Shown here: positions 1-8,472 of the stretch, piece after piece
Layout: each line of letters starts with the position of its first letter
How positions within the stretch are numbered: position 1 is the stretch's first letter
DNA from: a virus
UHGV virus genome: UHGV-0327176
Strand: one strand, 5' to 3'
Length of the DNA stretch: 27,026 bases
Translations under genes and position numbers: made by a program
Notes under the pieces: model-generated
What the model was told of the DNA's origin: nothing
The model's input: the letters and a program-made list of their open reading frames with translations, nothing else
Databases searched by the model: none

Positions 1-1
1 C

Positions 2-100
2 AAGCCAATCCCAAAAGAATCTGACGTAAAAACCTTCAACTACACGGCTCACCTGTGGGATATCCGGTGGCTTAGAGAACGTGCGAGGAAAACAAGGTGA
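2..100 (+). CDS. ninE: NinE-like protein, C-terminal fragment (5' end lies outside the window)
   Basis: Open frame from the window edge to TGA at 98-100, translating to [32 protein letters not shown], which matches my recollection of the lambda NinE C-terminus. The stop overlaps the ninF GTG start. Confidence 0.5.
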   Translation, partial: KPIPKESDVKTFNYTAHLWDIRWLRERARKTR

Positions 101-267
101 TTGACCAAAATCGAAGTTACGAACAAGGAAGTGTCGAGCGAGCTTTAACGTGCGCTAACTGCGGTCAGAAGCTGCATGTGCTGGAAGTTCACGTGTGTGA
201 GCACTGCTGCGCAGAACTGATGAGCGATCCGAATAGCTCGATGCACGAGGAAGAAGACGATGGCTAA
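97..267 (+). CDS. ninF: NinF-like small protein with a 4-Cys motif (GTG start)
   Basis: Not in the ORF track (under 60 aa). Hand translation gives [56 protein letters not shown] then TAA. It sits between ninE and ninG as in lambda and overlaps the ninG ATG. Confidence 0.6.
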   Translation: MIDQNRSYEQGSVERALTCANCGQKLHVLEVHVCEHCCAELMSDPNSSMHEEEDDG

Positions 268-871
268 ACCAGCGCGAAGACGATGTAAAAACGATGAATG
301 TCGGGAATGGTTTCACCCTGCATTCGCCAATCAGTGGTGGTGCTCTCCAGAGTGTGGAACCAAGATAGCTCTCGAACGACGAAGCAAAGAACGCGAAAAA
401 GCGGAAAAGGCAGCAGAGAAGAAACGACGACGAGAGGAGCAGAAACAGAAAGATAAACTTAAGATTCGAAAACTCGCCTTAAAGCCCCGAAGTTACTGGA
501 TTAAACAAGCCCAACAAGCCGTAAACGCCTTCATCAGAGAAAGAGACCGCGACTTACCATGTATCTCGTGCGGAACGCTCACGTCTGCTCAGTGGGATGC
601 CGGGCATTACCGGACAACTGCTGCGGCACCTCAACTCCGATTTGATGAACGCAATATTCACAAGCAATGCGTGGTGTGCAACCAGCACAAAAGCGGAAAT
701 CTCGTTCCGTATCGCGTCGAACTGATTAGCCGCATCGGGCAGGAAGCAGTAGACGAAATCGAATCAAACCATAACCGCCATCGCTGGACTATCGAAGAGT
801 GCAAGGCGATCAAGGCAGAGTACCAACAGAAACTCAAAGACCTGCGAAATAGCAGAAGTGAGGCCGCATGA
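260..871 (+). CDS. ninG: NinG (Rap) recombination-associated endonuclease
   Basis: 203 aa ORF. The sequence, with two Cys clusters (CKNDEC...CSPEC and CISCG...CVVCN), matches the lambda NinG protein as I remember it. Its stop overlaps the next gene's start (ATGA). Confidence 0.9.
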   Translation: MAKPARRRCKNDECREWFHPAFANQWWCSPECGTKIALERRSKEREKAEKAAEKKRRREEQKQKDKLKIRKLALKPRSYWIKQAQQAVNAFIRERDRDLPCISCGTLTSAQWDAGHYRTTAAAPQLRFDERNIHKQCVVCNQHKSGNLVPYRVELISRIGQEAVDEIESNHNRHRWTIEECKAIKAEYQQKLKDLRNSRSEAA

Positions 872-1074
872 CGTTCTCAGTAAAAACCATTCCAGACATG
901 CTCGTTGAAGCATACGGAAACCAGACAGAAGTAGCACGCAGACTGAAATGTAGTCGCGGTACGGTCAGAAAATACGTTGATGATAAAGACGGGAAAATGC
1001 ACGCCATAGTCAACGACGTTCTCATGGTTCATCGCGGATGGAGTGAAAGAGATGCGCTATTACGAAAAAATTGA
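868..1074 (+). CDS. ninH: NinH small DNA-binding protein
   Basis: 68 aa [40 protein letters not shown]..., recalled as near-identical to lambda NinH, with a helix-turn-helix-like segment. Confidence 0.85.
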   Translation: MTFSVKTIPDMLVEAYGNQTEVARRLKCSRGTVRKYVDDKDGKMHAIVNDVLMVHRGWSERDALLRKN

Positions 1075-1717
1075 TGGCAGCAAATACCGAAATATTTGGG
1101 TAGTTGGCGATCTGCACGGATGCTACACGAACCTGATGAAAAAACTGGAGACGATAGGATTCGACACCAAAAAAGACCTGCTTATCTCGGTTGGCGATTT
1201 GGTCGATCGCGGTACAGAGAACGTTGAATGCCTGGAATTAATCACATTCCCCTGGTTCAGAGCTGTACGTGGAAACCATGAGCAAATGATGATTGATGGC
1301 TTATCAGAGCGTGGAAACGTCAATCACTGGCTGCTTAATGGCGGTGGCTGGTTCTTTAATCTCGACTACGACAAAGAAATTCTGGCTAAAGCTCTTGCCC
1401 ATAAAGCAGATGAACTTCCGTTAATCATCGAACTGGTGAGCAAAGATAAAAAATATGTCATCTGCCACGCCGATTATCCTTGTGACGAATACGAATTTGG
1501 AAAGCCAGTTGATCATCAGCAGGTAATCTGGAACCGCGAACGAATCAGCAACTCACAAGACGGGATCGTGAAAGAAATTAAAGGCGCGGACACGTTCATC
1601 TTTGGTCATACGCCAGCAGTGAAACCACTCAAGTTTGCCAACCAGATGTATATAGATACCGGCGCAGTGTTCTGCGGAAACCTCACATTGATTCAGGTAC
1701 AGGGAGAAGGCGCATGA
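1052..1717 (+). CDS. ninI: NinI Ser/Thr protein phosphatase (lambda PPase type)
   Basis: Metallophosphatase motifs GDLHG, GDLVDRG and GNHE are present. The sequence from [23 protein letters not shown] matches lambda phosphatase (221 aa). I chose the ATG at 1052; the ORF track starts at a GTG at 1043. Confidence 0.9.
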   Translation: MRYYEKIDGSKYRNIWVVGDLHGCYTNLMKKLETIGFDTKKDLLISVGDLVDRGTENVECLELITFPWFRAVRGNHEQMMIDGLSERGNVNHWLLNGGGWFFNLDYDKEILAKALAHKADELPLIIELVSKDKKYVICHADYPCDEYEFGKPVDHQQVIWNRERISNSQDGIVKEIKGADTFIFGHTPAVKPLKFANQMYIDTGAVFCGNLTLIQVQGEGA

Positions 1718-2337
1718 GACTCGAAAGCGTAGCTAAATTTCATTCGCCAAAAAGCCCGATGATGAGCGACTCACCACGGGCTACGGCTTCTGACTCTCTT
1801 TCCGGTACTGATGTGATGGCTGCTATGGGGATGGCGCAATCACAAGCCGGATTCGGAATGGCTGCATTCTGTGGTAAGCACGAACTCAGCCAGAACGACA
1901 AACAAAAGGCTATCAACTATCTGATGCAATTTGCACACAAGGTATCGGGGAAATACCGTGGTGTGGCAAAGCTCGAAGGAAATACTAAGGCAAAGGTACT
2001 GCAAGTGCTCGCAACATTCGCTTATGCGGATTATTGCCGTAGTGCCGCGACGCCGGGCGCAAGATGCAGAGATTGCCACGGTACAGGTCGGGCGGTTGAT
2101 ATAGCAAAAACAGAGCAGTGGGGGAGAGTTGTTGAGAAAGAGTGCGGAAGATGTAAAGGCGTCGGTTATTCAAGGATGCCTGCAAGCGCAGCATATCGCG
2201 CTGTGACGATGCTAATCCCAAATCTTACCCAACCCACCTGGTCACGCACTGTTAAGCCGCTGTATGACGCTCTGGTGGTGCAATGCCACAAAGAAGAGTC
2301 AATCGCAGACAACATTTTGAATGCGGTCACACGTTAG
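1714..2337 (+). CDS. Q: Late-gene antiterminator Q
   Basis: 207 aa [34 protein letters not shown]..., recalled as essentially lambda Q, including the zinc-binding CRDCHGTGR...CGRCKG region. Followed by a pR'-like promoter. Confidence 0.95.
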   Translation: MRLESVAKFHSPKSPMMSDSPRATASDSLSGTDVMAAMGMAQSQAGFGMAAFCGKHELSQNDKQKAINYLMQFAHKVSGKYRGVAKLEGNTKAKVLQVLATFAYADYCRSAATPGARCRDCHGTGRAVDIAKTEQWGRVVEKECGRCKGVGYSRMPASAAYRAVTMLIPNLTQPTWSRTVKPLYDALVVQCHKEESIADNILNAVTR

Positions 2338-2379
2338 CAGCATGATTGCCACGGATGGCAACATATTAACGGCATGATA

Positions 2380-2408
2380 TTGACTTTTTGAATAAAGTTG
2401 GGTAAATT
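2380..2408 (+). promoter_or_regulatory. Late promoter pR' (-35 TTGACT, 17-bp spacer, -10 TAAATT) with adjacent qut region
   Basis: TTGACT at 2380-2385 and TAAATT at 2403-2408, immediately downstream of Q. The flanking sequence agrees with my memory of lambda pR'. Confidence 0.6.
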
Positions 2409-2548
2409 TGATCCAACGATGGGTTAATTCGCTCGTTGTGGTAGTGAGATGAAAAGAGGCGGCTCTTACTACCGATTCCGCCTAGTTGGTCAGTTCGACG
2501 TATCGTCTGGAACTCCAACCATCGCAGGCTGAGAGGTCTGCAAAATGC

Positions 2549-2609
2549 AATCCCGAAACAGTTCGCAGGTAATAGTTAGAGCCTGCACAACGGTTTCGGG
2601 ATTTTTTAT
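2549..2609 (+). terminator. tR'-like intrinsic terminator (end of the short pR' leader / 6S RNA)
   Basis: Inverted repeat aatcccgaaac (2549-2559) and gtttcgggatt (2593-2603) followed by a T-run to about 2607. Position relative to pR' is as in lambda. Confidence 0.5.
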
Positions 2610-2611
2610 TT

Positions 2612-2686
2612 GGGTCAGTCGTATAAAGGTAATTACGGAAGGCTGTTAACCTTCTTATCGTGGTTCGAGTCCACGCTGTCCCGCCA
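2612..2686 (+). tRNA. tRNA, predicted anticodon GTT (Asn)
   Basis: Hand-folded cloverleaf: acceptor gggtcag/ctgtccc (6 of 7 bp), perfect anticodon stem gaagg/ccttc, loop ctgttaa with U33 and anticodon GTT, perfect T-stem cgtgg/ccacg, T-loop ttcgagt, encoded 3' CCA. The D-stem is weak (3 bp). Confidence 0.7.
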
Positions 2687-2691
2687 AACAT

Positions 2692-2767
2692 GCTGGTTTA
2701 GCTCCAATGGTAGAGCAGTCGCCTTGTAAGCGAATGGGTAGCGGTTCAAGTCCGTTAACCAGCACCA
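2692..2767 (+). tRNA. tRNA, predicted anticodon TGT (Thr)
   Basis: Hand-folded cloverleaf: perfect 7-bp acceptor gctggtt/aaccagc, D-stem gctc/gagc, D-loop with GG, anticodon loop cttgtaa (anticodon TGT), T-stem agcgg/ccgtt, T-loop ttcaagt, discriminator A, encoded CCA. Confidence 0.8.
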
Positions 2768-2854
2768 TAACTGAGCCGTAGCCACTGGCTATCCTGGATT
2801 CATCAGTGATAGTTACGCTGCGGCCTTCTACACATGATCTTCGTGAAAGCGGGT

Positions 2855-2889
2855 GGCAGGAGGTCGCGCTAACAACCTCCTGCCGTTTT
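2855..2889 (+). terminator. Candidate intrinsic terminator downstream of the tRNAs
   Basis: Perfect 10-bp stem ggcaggaggt (2855-2864) / acctcctgcc (2875-2884) with a 10-nt loop, followed by gtttt. Confidence 0.4.
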
Positions 2890-3009
2890 GCCCGTGCATA
2901 TCGGTCACGAACAAATCTGATTGCTAAACACAGTAGCCTGGATTTGTTCTATCAGTAATCGACCTTATTCCTAATTAAATAGAGCAAATCCCCTTATTGG
3001 GGCTAAGAC

Positions 3010-3333
3010 ATGAAGATGCCAGAAAAACATGACCTGTTAGCCGCCATTCTCGCGGCAAAGGAACAAGGCATCGGGGCAATCCTTGCGTTTGCAATGGCGT
3101 ACCTTCGCGGCAGATATAATGGCGGTGCGTTTACAAAAACAGTAATCGACGCAACGATGTGCGCCATTATCGCCTGGTTCATTCGTGACCTTCTCGACTT
3201 CGCCGGACTAAGTAGCAATCTCGCTTATATAACGAGCGTGTTCATCGGCTACATCGGTACTGACTCGATTGGTTCGCTTATCAAACGCTTCGCTGCTAAA
3301 AAAGCCGGAGTAGAAGATGGTGGAAATCAATAA
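3010..3333 (+). CDS. S: Holin S (class I, dual-start S107/S105)
   Basis: 107 aa ORF beginning MKMPEKHD (Met1-Lys2-Met3 dual start), with three hydrophobic segments. Recalled as near-identical to lambda S. The upstream sequence ...caaatccccttattgggg... also matches lambda. Confidence 0.95.
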   Translation: MKMPEKHDLLAAILAAKEQGIGAILAFAMAYLRGRYNGGAFTKTVIDATMCAIIAWFIRDLLDFAGLSSNLAYITSVFIGYIGTDSIGSLIKRFAAKKAGVEDGGNQ

Positions 3334-3793
3334 TCAACGTAAGGCGTTCCTCGATATGCTGGCGTGGTCAGAGGGAACTGATAACGGACGTCAGAAAACC
3401 AGAAATCATGGTTATGACGTCATTGTAGGAGGAGAGCTATTCACTGATTACTCCGATCACCCTCGCAAACTTGTCGCGCTAAACCCCAAACTCAAATCAA
3501 CAGCCGCCGGACGTTACCAGCTTCTTTCACGTTGGTGGGATGCCTACCGTAAGCAGCTTGGCCTGAAAGACTTCTCCCCCAAAAGCCAGGACGCTGTGGC
3601 ACTGCAACAGATTAAAGAGCGTGGCGCTTTACCAATGATTGATCGCGGTGATATTCGTCAGGCAATTGACCGTTGCAGCAATATCTGGGCTTCACTTCCG
3701 GGCGCTGGTTATGGTCAGTTCGAGCATAAGGCTGACAGCCTGATTGCAAAATTCAAAGAGGCTGGCGGAACGGTCAGAGAGATTGAGGTATGA
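3317..3793 (+). CDS. R: Endolysin R (lytic transglycosylase)
   Basis: 158 aa [42 protein letters not shown]..., recalled as lambda R. It overlaps the end of S as in lambda. Confidence 0.95.
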   Translation: MVEINNQRKAFLDMLAWSEGTDNGRQKTRNHGYDVIVGGELFTDYSDHPRKLVALNPKLKSTAAGRYQLLSRWWDAYRKQLGLKDFSPKSQDAVALQQIKERGALPMIDRGDIRQAIDRCSNIWASLPGAGYGQFEHKADSLIAKFKEAGGTVREIEV

Positions 3794-4227
3794 GCAGAGT
3801 AACCGCGATTATCTCCGCTCTGGTTATTTGCATCATCGTCTGCCTGTCATGGGCTGTTAATCATTACCGTGATAACGCCATCGCCTATAAAGAACAGCGC
3901 GATAAAGCCACGTCCATCATCGCTGACATGCAGAAGCGTCAACATGATGTAGCAGAACTCGACGCCAGATACACAAAGGAGCTTGCTGATGCTAACGCGA
4001 CTATCGAAAGTCTTCGTGCTGATGTTTCTGCTGGTCGTAAGCGCCTGCAAGTCGCCGCCACCTGTGCAAAGTCAACGACCGGAGCCAGCAGCATGGGCGA
4101 TGGAGAAAGCCCAGGACTTACAGCAGATGCTGAACTCAATTATTACCGTCTCCGAAGTGGAATCGACAGGATAACCGCGCAGGTTAACTACCTGCAGGAG
4201 TACATCAGGACTCAGTGCCTGAAATAA
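3790..4227 (+). CDS. Rz: Spanin inner-membrane subunit Rz (i-spanin)
   Basis: 145 aa ORF with an N-terminal transmembrane segment ([17 protein letters not shown]) and a coiled-coil periplasmic region. Lambda-Rz-like N-terminus, directly downstream of R. Confidence 0.85.
   Translation: MSRVTAIISALVICIIVCLSWAVNHYRDNAIAYKEQRDKATSIIADMQKRQHDVAELDARYTKELADANATIESLRADVSAGRKRLQVAATCAKSTTGASSMGDGESPGLTADAELNYYRLRSGIDRITAQVNYLQEYIRTQCLK
3983..4174 (+). CDS. Rz1: Spanin outer-membrane lipoprotein Rz1 (o-spanin), embedded in Rz in the +1 frame
   Basis: 63 aa ORF wholly inside Rz in another frame, with a signal peptide and lipobox-like LVVSAC followed by a proline-rich segment ([12 protein letters not shown]). 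This is the classic embedded Rz/Rz1 arrangement. Confidence 0.7.
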   Translation: MLMLTRLSKVFVLMFLLVVSACKSPPPVQSQRPEPAAWAMEKAQDLQQMLNSIITVSEVESTG

Positions 4228-4259
4228 TTTTTTTGCAAATCACAAAGTCCATTTAATGA

Positions 4260-4284
4260 GCCTCGCGAAAAGCGGGGCTTTTTT
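4260..4284 (+). terminator. Intrinsic terminator after the lysis cassette
   Basis: Stem gcctcgc / gcggggc (7 bp including one G-U pair), loop gaaaa, then TTTTTT at 4279-4284. Confidence 0.55.
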
Positions 4285-4435
4285 ATGTCCTCAGTAAACC
4301 GCGCATTCTCGTGCGCATATCAACCAAGAGCTTTTCGGGATATGAGACAGAGACAGGACGGTGGCTTACATCGTGCCGCTCTTGGGCTGTCCATGTCTGC
4401 GAGAACTGGCTCATATCACCAAAAAGGTAAATACG

Positions 4436-5164
4436 ATGTCCAATATCATCCCGATTGATTTCGAAGGCCATCCCATGCGTTTTTCTGACGATGGCTGGTT
4501 TGACGCGACTGCGGCAGCTGACAAGTTCAACAAGGAGCCGGCTCAGTGGCTTAGGCTTCCTGAGACTGTCCGTTACATCGAGGCGTTAAAGAGTAGATAT
4601 GGGAATATCACATATGTAAAAACCAGCCGCGCTCGCAAAGACCGTGGCGGCGGAACATGGCTTCACCCAAAACTGGCGGTCAGATTTGCTCGATGGCTTT
4701 CTGTAGATTTTGAGATCTGGTGTGATGAGCAAATTGACGCAATCATTCAGGGTTCCGTTCATCATATCGACGATGAAAGAATAAAGGCTATTTTCCTTCT
4801 GGATAAATCTCAGCCATGGGAAAAGAGGTTTAGCGATCCGTTTTATTCTGCGATGTTCAAAATGTCAGGGCTGCCCCGTCATCGACCAGGTCGTCGCCCC
4901 GCACTATTTGGGATGATCAGTGCCAAGTGGGTATATGGCCAGGTATTACCACCAGAAGTATATGCAGAGGTTAAAAGACGGCTGGCTGCGGGAGACAAAA
5001 TCCATCAGCACCTTAAACCTGACGCGCTGACATTGGTTGAGCGACAGATCATTGCCGTTACCAGCATTGCCAATGGGTGCTCTGATTATCGTGATTTCGA
5101 AGCGCGTTGCATGTCGGCATTCCCGGTGAAAGGGCAGATGAAATTGCTCTATGCGGCGGCCTGA
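4436..5164 (+). CDS. KilA-N domain protein with a C-terminal domain I recall as P63C-like (accessory gene)
   Basis: The N-terminal region MSNIIPIDFEGHPMRFSDDGWFDATAAADKFNKEPAQWLRLPE...HPKLAVRFARWLSVDFEIWCDEQIDAI resembles KilA-N (APSES-type DNA-binding) domains. Start chosen at the ATG at 4436 with AAAGG 8 nt upstream; the ORF track extends to a GTG at 4361. Confidence 0.65.
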   Translation: MSNIIPIDFEGHPMRFSDDGWFDATAAADKFNKEPAQWLRLPETVRYIEALKSRYGNITYVKTSRARKDRGGGTWLHPKLAVRFARWLSVDFEIWCDEQIDAIIQGSVHHIDDERIKAIFLLDKSQPWEKRFSDPFYSAMFKMSGLPRHRPGRRPALFGMISAKWVYGQVLPPEVYAEVKRRLAAGDKIHQHLKPDALTLVERQIIAVTSIANGCSDYRDFEARCMSAFPVKGQMKLLYAAA

Positions 5165-5166
5165 TC

Positions 5167-5424
5167 ATGAGCACCCGAATAATAGAATGCGCCTCCAGAG
5201 CGGGGCGCGACTTCTCAGAGTTCATGAAAGGCGAGAAGGGCATGATGGAAGCATTGGCCTCGGTGGATGAGTTTGGCGAGCAGCTGCGCCTCAACGGCTG
5301 TGTCAATCATCACTTTGTTAGCTACATGATGCGGAACTCGATCATGCAGGCATTCATGGACATGGCAAAAGCCGAGAGGAAAGAAGAGCGCCGGCGTAAG
5401 CGAGCGGAAGCAAAAGCGAAGTAG
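5167..5424 (+). CDS. Hypothetical small protein with a basic C-terminal tail, coupled to the KilA-N gene
   Basis: ATG at 5167 lies 2 nt after the KilA-N stop (TGATCATG). 85 aa ending in the lysine/arginine-rich KAERKEERRRKRAEAKAK. No homolog recalled. Confidence 0.45.
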   Translation: MSTRIIECASRAGRDFSEFMKGEKGMMEALASVDEFGEQLRLNGCVNHHFVSYMMRNSIMQAFMDMAKAERKEERRRKRAEAKAK

Positions 5425-5778
5425 CCATTACAAAGCCCATCTACTGGTGGGCTTGATAATGAAACCGTGATTTACATCCCTCACAATCCAGGTATGTAAA
5501 AGCTGGATCATGCGAGAACGGATTTAACTAAATCTGTGCGCCACCAGTTAACGGCAGTACCACGAAACAACCCAAGCCAGTAAGTGGGGAAATAACACTG
5601 GCAGCCACTGAAAGATGAACCTCCAGCCTTATGGCAAAAAAGATTCTTTGTGGTGGCGGACTGATGGAAAGACATCGGTTATTGCAGAGGCCATTCAATG
5701 AGTGGTCTCGACAATGGCTTATACCCTACACGGGATAACTTAACTGATATCCCTTTTAACGGATAAACGGAGCCAACA

Positions 5779-6276
5779 ATGGCAAAGCTCGCAGACAAAC
5801 AAGAGCTGTTTGCCCATCCGGATGATGTGTATGTCGGAGAGTGTGTGATTTATACCGGCTACATAAATAAGCGAGGGTATGGGCAGAAGCACATTTCACG
5901 AAAGCCGCACTACGCACATCGAATCGCATACTGCGAAGCTAACGGAATTTCGCTAGATAGCATCAAGGACCTGGTTGTTAGGCATAAATGCGATAATCCA
6001 TCATGCGTGAATCCTGACCATCTGATTATAGGTACTGTCGCTGACAATAATCGGGACAGGTCAAGGCGAGGCAGAAACTCATACCCTGACCGTTCAGGTG
6101 AAAAGAACGGAATGGCGAAATTAAAAGAGTGCGATGTCATCTGCATTCGCCGCGAGTATGTGCGCGGGAGTGTAGGTAATGGGCTTAGGTCTTTAGCAAA
6201 GAGATATGGCGTATCCACTACCATGATTGCTGACATCGTTAATCATAGAAATTGGAGCAATGTTTCGGAGGTGTGA
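5779..6276 (+). CDS. HNH endonuclease (terminase-associated)
   Basis: 165 aa ORF with the HNH-type motif HKCDNPSCVNPDHLIIGTVADN and a C-terminal helix-turn-helix-like segment (LAKRYGVSTTMIADIVNHRNW). GGAG ribosome-binding site upstream. Lies immediately before the small terminase. Confidence 0.8.
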   Translation: MAKLADKQELFAHPDDVYVGECVIYTGYINKRGYGQKHISRKPHYAHRIAYCEANGISLDSIKDLVVRHKCDNPSCVNPDHLIIGTVADNNRDRSRRGRNSYPDRSGEKNGMAKLKECDVICIRREYVRGSVGNGLRSLAKRYGVSTTMIADIVNHRNWSNVSEV

Positions 6277-6277
6277 T

Positions 6278-6847
6278 TTGAAACAGCTCACACCTAAGCA
6301 GGAACTGTTCTGCAGGGAATATTTAAAAGATTTAAACGCCACACAGGCAGCTATCAGGGCGGGTTACAGCGAGAAGACTGCCAATGAACAAGCATCACGC
6401 CTGTTAGCAAATGTTAATGTCCAAAACTTTGTCGCCGAACTTAAGGCAGCCCGCATTGAGCAGACTGGTATCGATGCCGCCTATGTTCTGCGACGCTTGG
6501 TTGAGATAGACCAAATGGACGTGCTCGACATCATGACTGATGACATGAGTCTGAAGCCTGTCTCTGAGTGGCCTGCATCATGGCGGCGCTACCTCAGTGG
6601 ATTTGATCTTGCGGAAATGTTCGAAGGACGCGGCGATGACCGAGAGATGGTTGGCATCCTGAAGAAGATTAAATGGCCTGATAAGGTTAAAAACCTTGAG
6701 TTGCTTGGGCGCCATGTTTCTGTTCAGGCGTTTAAAGACAACGTCAAAAATGAAGTGACTGGTGCTGACGGAGGACCAGTCAGAACAGAAATTACCAACT
6801 TAACGCCGGAGCAGGCTGCAGAAGCGTATAAAAAAATGATGGGCTAA
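6278..6847 (+). CDS. Terminase small subunit (P27-family type)
   Basis: The N-terminal motif [34 protein letters not shown] is typical of this small-terminase family as I recall it. I propose the TTG at 6278 (GGAGG 6 nt upstream, 1 nt after the HNH stop); alternative in-frame starts are the ATG at 6260 or 6227. Confidence 0.75.
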   Translation: MKQLTPKQELFCREYLKDLNATQAAIRAGYSEKTANEQASRLLANVNVQNFVAELKAARIEQTGIDAAYVLRRLVEIDQMDVLDIMTDDMSLKPVSEWPASWRRYLSGFDLAEMFEGRGDDREMVGILKKIKWPDKVKNLELLGRHVSVQAFKDNVKNEVTGADGGPVRTEITNLTPEQAAEAYKKMMG

Positions 6848-6849
6848 GT

Positions 6850-8472
6850 ATGCCGTTACCATTTCCCTTCGATTTTAAACATCCTGATTACCAGATGGTT
6901 TTTGAATGGCGGATGGAACGCTTACAGCGCATTCGCCAGAACCCCGAAATGCTGCCAGCGCTTAAGCAGTTTTACCGAACCAATCCGGCTCAGTTCATCA
7001 TCGACTGGGGCATGACAACGGACCCACGTAACATCGATTATGGCCTGCCGGTGACCATTCCGTTTTTACTCTTCCCTAAGCAGGAGGAGTGGATCCACTG
7101 GATTATGGAACGCTGGGGTAATCGGGAGAATGGTATTACCGAAAAATCCCGTGAAATGGGGCTCAGTTGGACCGCGATCGGACTGGCCTGCTCGCTTTGT
7201 CTCTTCAACAAAGAAATGGTTATCGGTTTCGGCTCCCGTAAAGAGGAATACGTCGACAGCACTGGTGACCCGAAAGCATTGTTCTGGAAGGCGCGCAAGT
7301 TCGTGGAAACACTACCTGTAGAGTTTCGCGGTTCGTGGAGCGAGAAGAAGCACGCGCCATATATGCGTGTTGAGTTTCCTGAAACTGGTGCCGTTATCAA
7401 AGGCGAGGCTGGCGATAATATTGGTCGTGGTGACCGTACCACGCTTTATCTGGTTGATGAGGCTGCATTCCTTCAGCGTCCTCTGCTGATTGATGCGGCG
7501 TTGTCACAAACCACCCGCTGCCGTATCGACCTGAGTTCGGTTAACGGCATGGCGAACCCGTTCGCGCAGAAGCGTCACGGCGGGAAGATACCGGTATTCA
7601 CATTCCACTGGCGAAATGACCCGCGCAAGGATGAAGAGTGGTATCGCAGGGAATGCGAGAAAATCGATAATCCGGTGGTGGTGGCACAGGAACTTGATCT
7701 GAACTACAGCGCATCAGCGGAAGGCGTCCTGATTCCATCCGAATGGGTACAGGCTGCCGTTGATGCGCATATCAAACTGGGGATCCAGCCAACAGGCAAA
7801 CGACTTGGCGCGATGGATGTCGCCGACGAAGGCAGGGACAAAAATTCCTTTTCCACTCGTCATGGCTTCCTCCTGGAGAATGTGCGGGAATGGTCCGGTG
7901 TGGGCAGCGACATTTATCAGTCCGTCGAGAAGGTCTTCGGCTTTTGCGAACAGGACGATCTTGAAGAGTTTCGCTTTGACGAGGACGGGCTGGGCGCTGG
8001 CGTTCGCGGCGATGCACGCGCTATCAACGAACTGCGTAACGCTGCGCGCCGACAGTCAATACTCGCCACACCGTTTCGTGGTAGCGGCGCGGTATTTGAT
8101 CCGGACGATGAAGCGGTGCGCGGGGACAACGGACAGGCCGCACGCCTGAACAAGGACTTCTTCGCCAACGCCAAGGCCCAAAGCTGGTGGTGGCTACGCA
8201 ACCTTTTCCAGAACACCTATCGCGCCGTGGTTGAGGGCATGGCCTACAACCCGGACGAAATCATCTCAATCAGCAGTAGCATGGCGCTCAAAGATAAACT
8301 CATCATCGAGCTTTCGCAGCCGACCTATTCCATTAATGGTGTGGGAAAAATCGTTATTGATAAACAGCCTGATGGAACCCGGTCGCCAAACCTTGCCGAC
8401 TCGGTGATGATCAGCTACGCGCCAATGAATTCAGCCCTGAACATCTGGGAGCTGCTAGGGAGACAGGCCTGA
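6850..8472 (+). CDS. Terminase large subunit
   Basis: 540 aa ORF directly after the small subunit and before the portal. Has an N-terminal ATPase-like region and an acidic DEAAF segment consistent with a terminase nuclease/ATPase. Assignment rests on size, order and general resemblance. Confidence 0.8.
   Translation: MPLPFPFDFKHPDYQMVFEWRMERLQRIRQNPEMLPALKQFYRTNPAQFIIDWGMTTDPRNIDYGLPVTIPFLLFPKQEEWIHWIMERWGNRENGITEKSREMGLSWTAIGLACSLCLFNKEMVIGFGSRKEEYVDSTGDPKALFWKARKFVETLPVEFRGSWSEKKHAPYMRVEFPETGAVIKGEAGDNIGRGDRTTLYLVDEAAFLQRPLLIDAALSQTTRCRIDLSSVNGMANPFAQKRHGGKIPVFTFHWRNDPRKDEEWYRRECEKIDNPVVVAQELDLNYSASAEGVLIPSEWVQAAVDAHIKLGIQPTGKRLGAMDVADEGRDKNSFSTRHGFLLENVREWSGVGSDIYQSVEKVFGFCEQDDLEEFRFDEDGLGAGVRGDARAINELRNAARRQSILATPFRGSGAVFDPDDEAVRGDNGQAARLNKDFFANAKAQSWWWLRNLFQNTYRAVVEGMAYNPDEIISISSSMALKDKLIIELSQPTYSINGVGKIVIDKQPDGTRSPNLADSVMISYAPMNSALNIWELLGRQA

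Noticed and set aside
2461-2548. Possible third tRNA upstream of tR'
   Set aside because: I could not fold a cloverleaf with a T-loop or acceptor stem. The sequence matches the lambda pR' leader/qut/6S region from memory instead.
2482-2691. 69-aa - strand ORF across the tR'/tRNA region
   Set aside because: It overlaps the tR' hairpin and the first tRNA, and the region is better explained by RNA features conserved with the lambda late leader.
2768-3009. Possible toxin or other cargo ORF between the tRNAs and S (the stx position in Stx phages)
   Set aside because: There is no ORF of meaningful length here. The segment matches the lambda sequence upstream of S as I recall it and contains only a hairpin.
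4283-4471. 62-aa - strand ORF overlapping the KilA-N gene start
   Set aside because: It is antisense to the upstream region and 5' end of a supported + strand gene, with no ribosome-binding site.
5631-5735. 34-codon ORF (MAKKILCGGGLMERHRLLQRPFNEWSRQWLIPYTG) in the noncoding region upstream of HNH
   Set aside because: There is no Shine-Dalgarno sequence (the upstream sequence is cctcc, the anti-SD sense) and no supporting context. More likely noncoding DNA around a cos or regulatory site.
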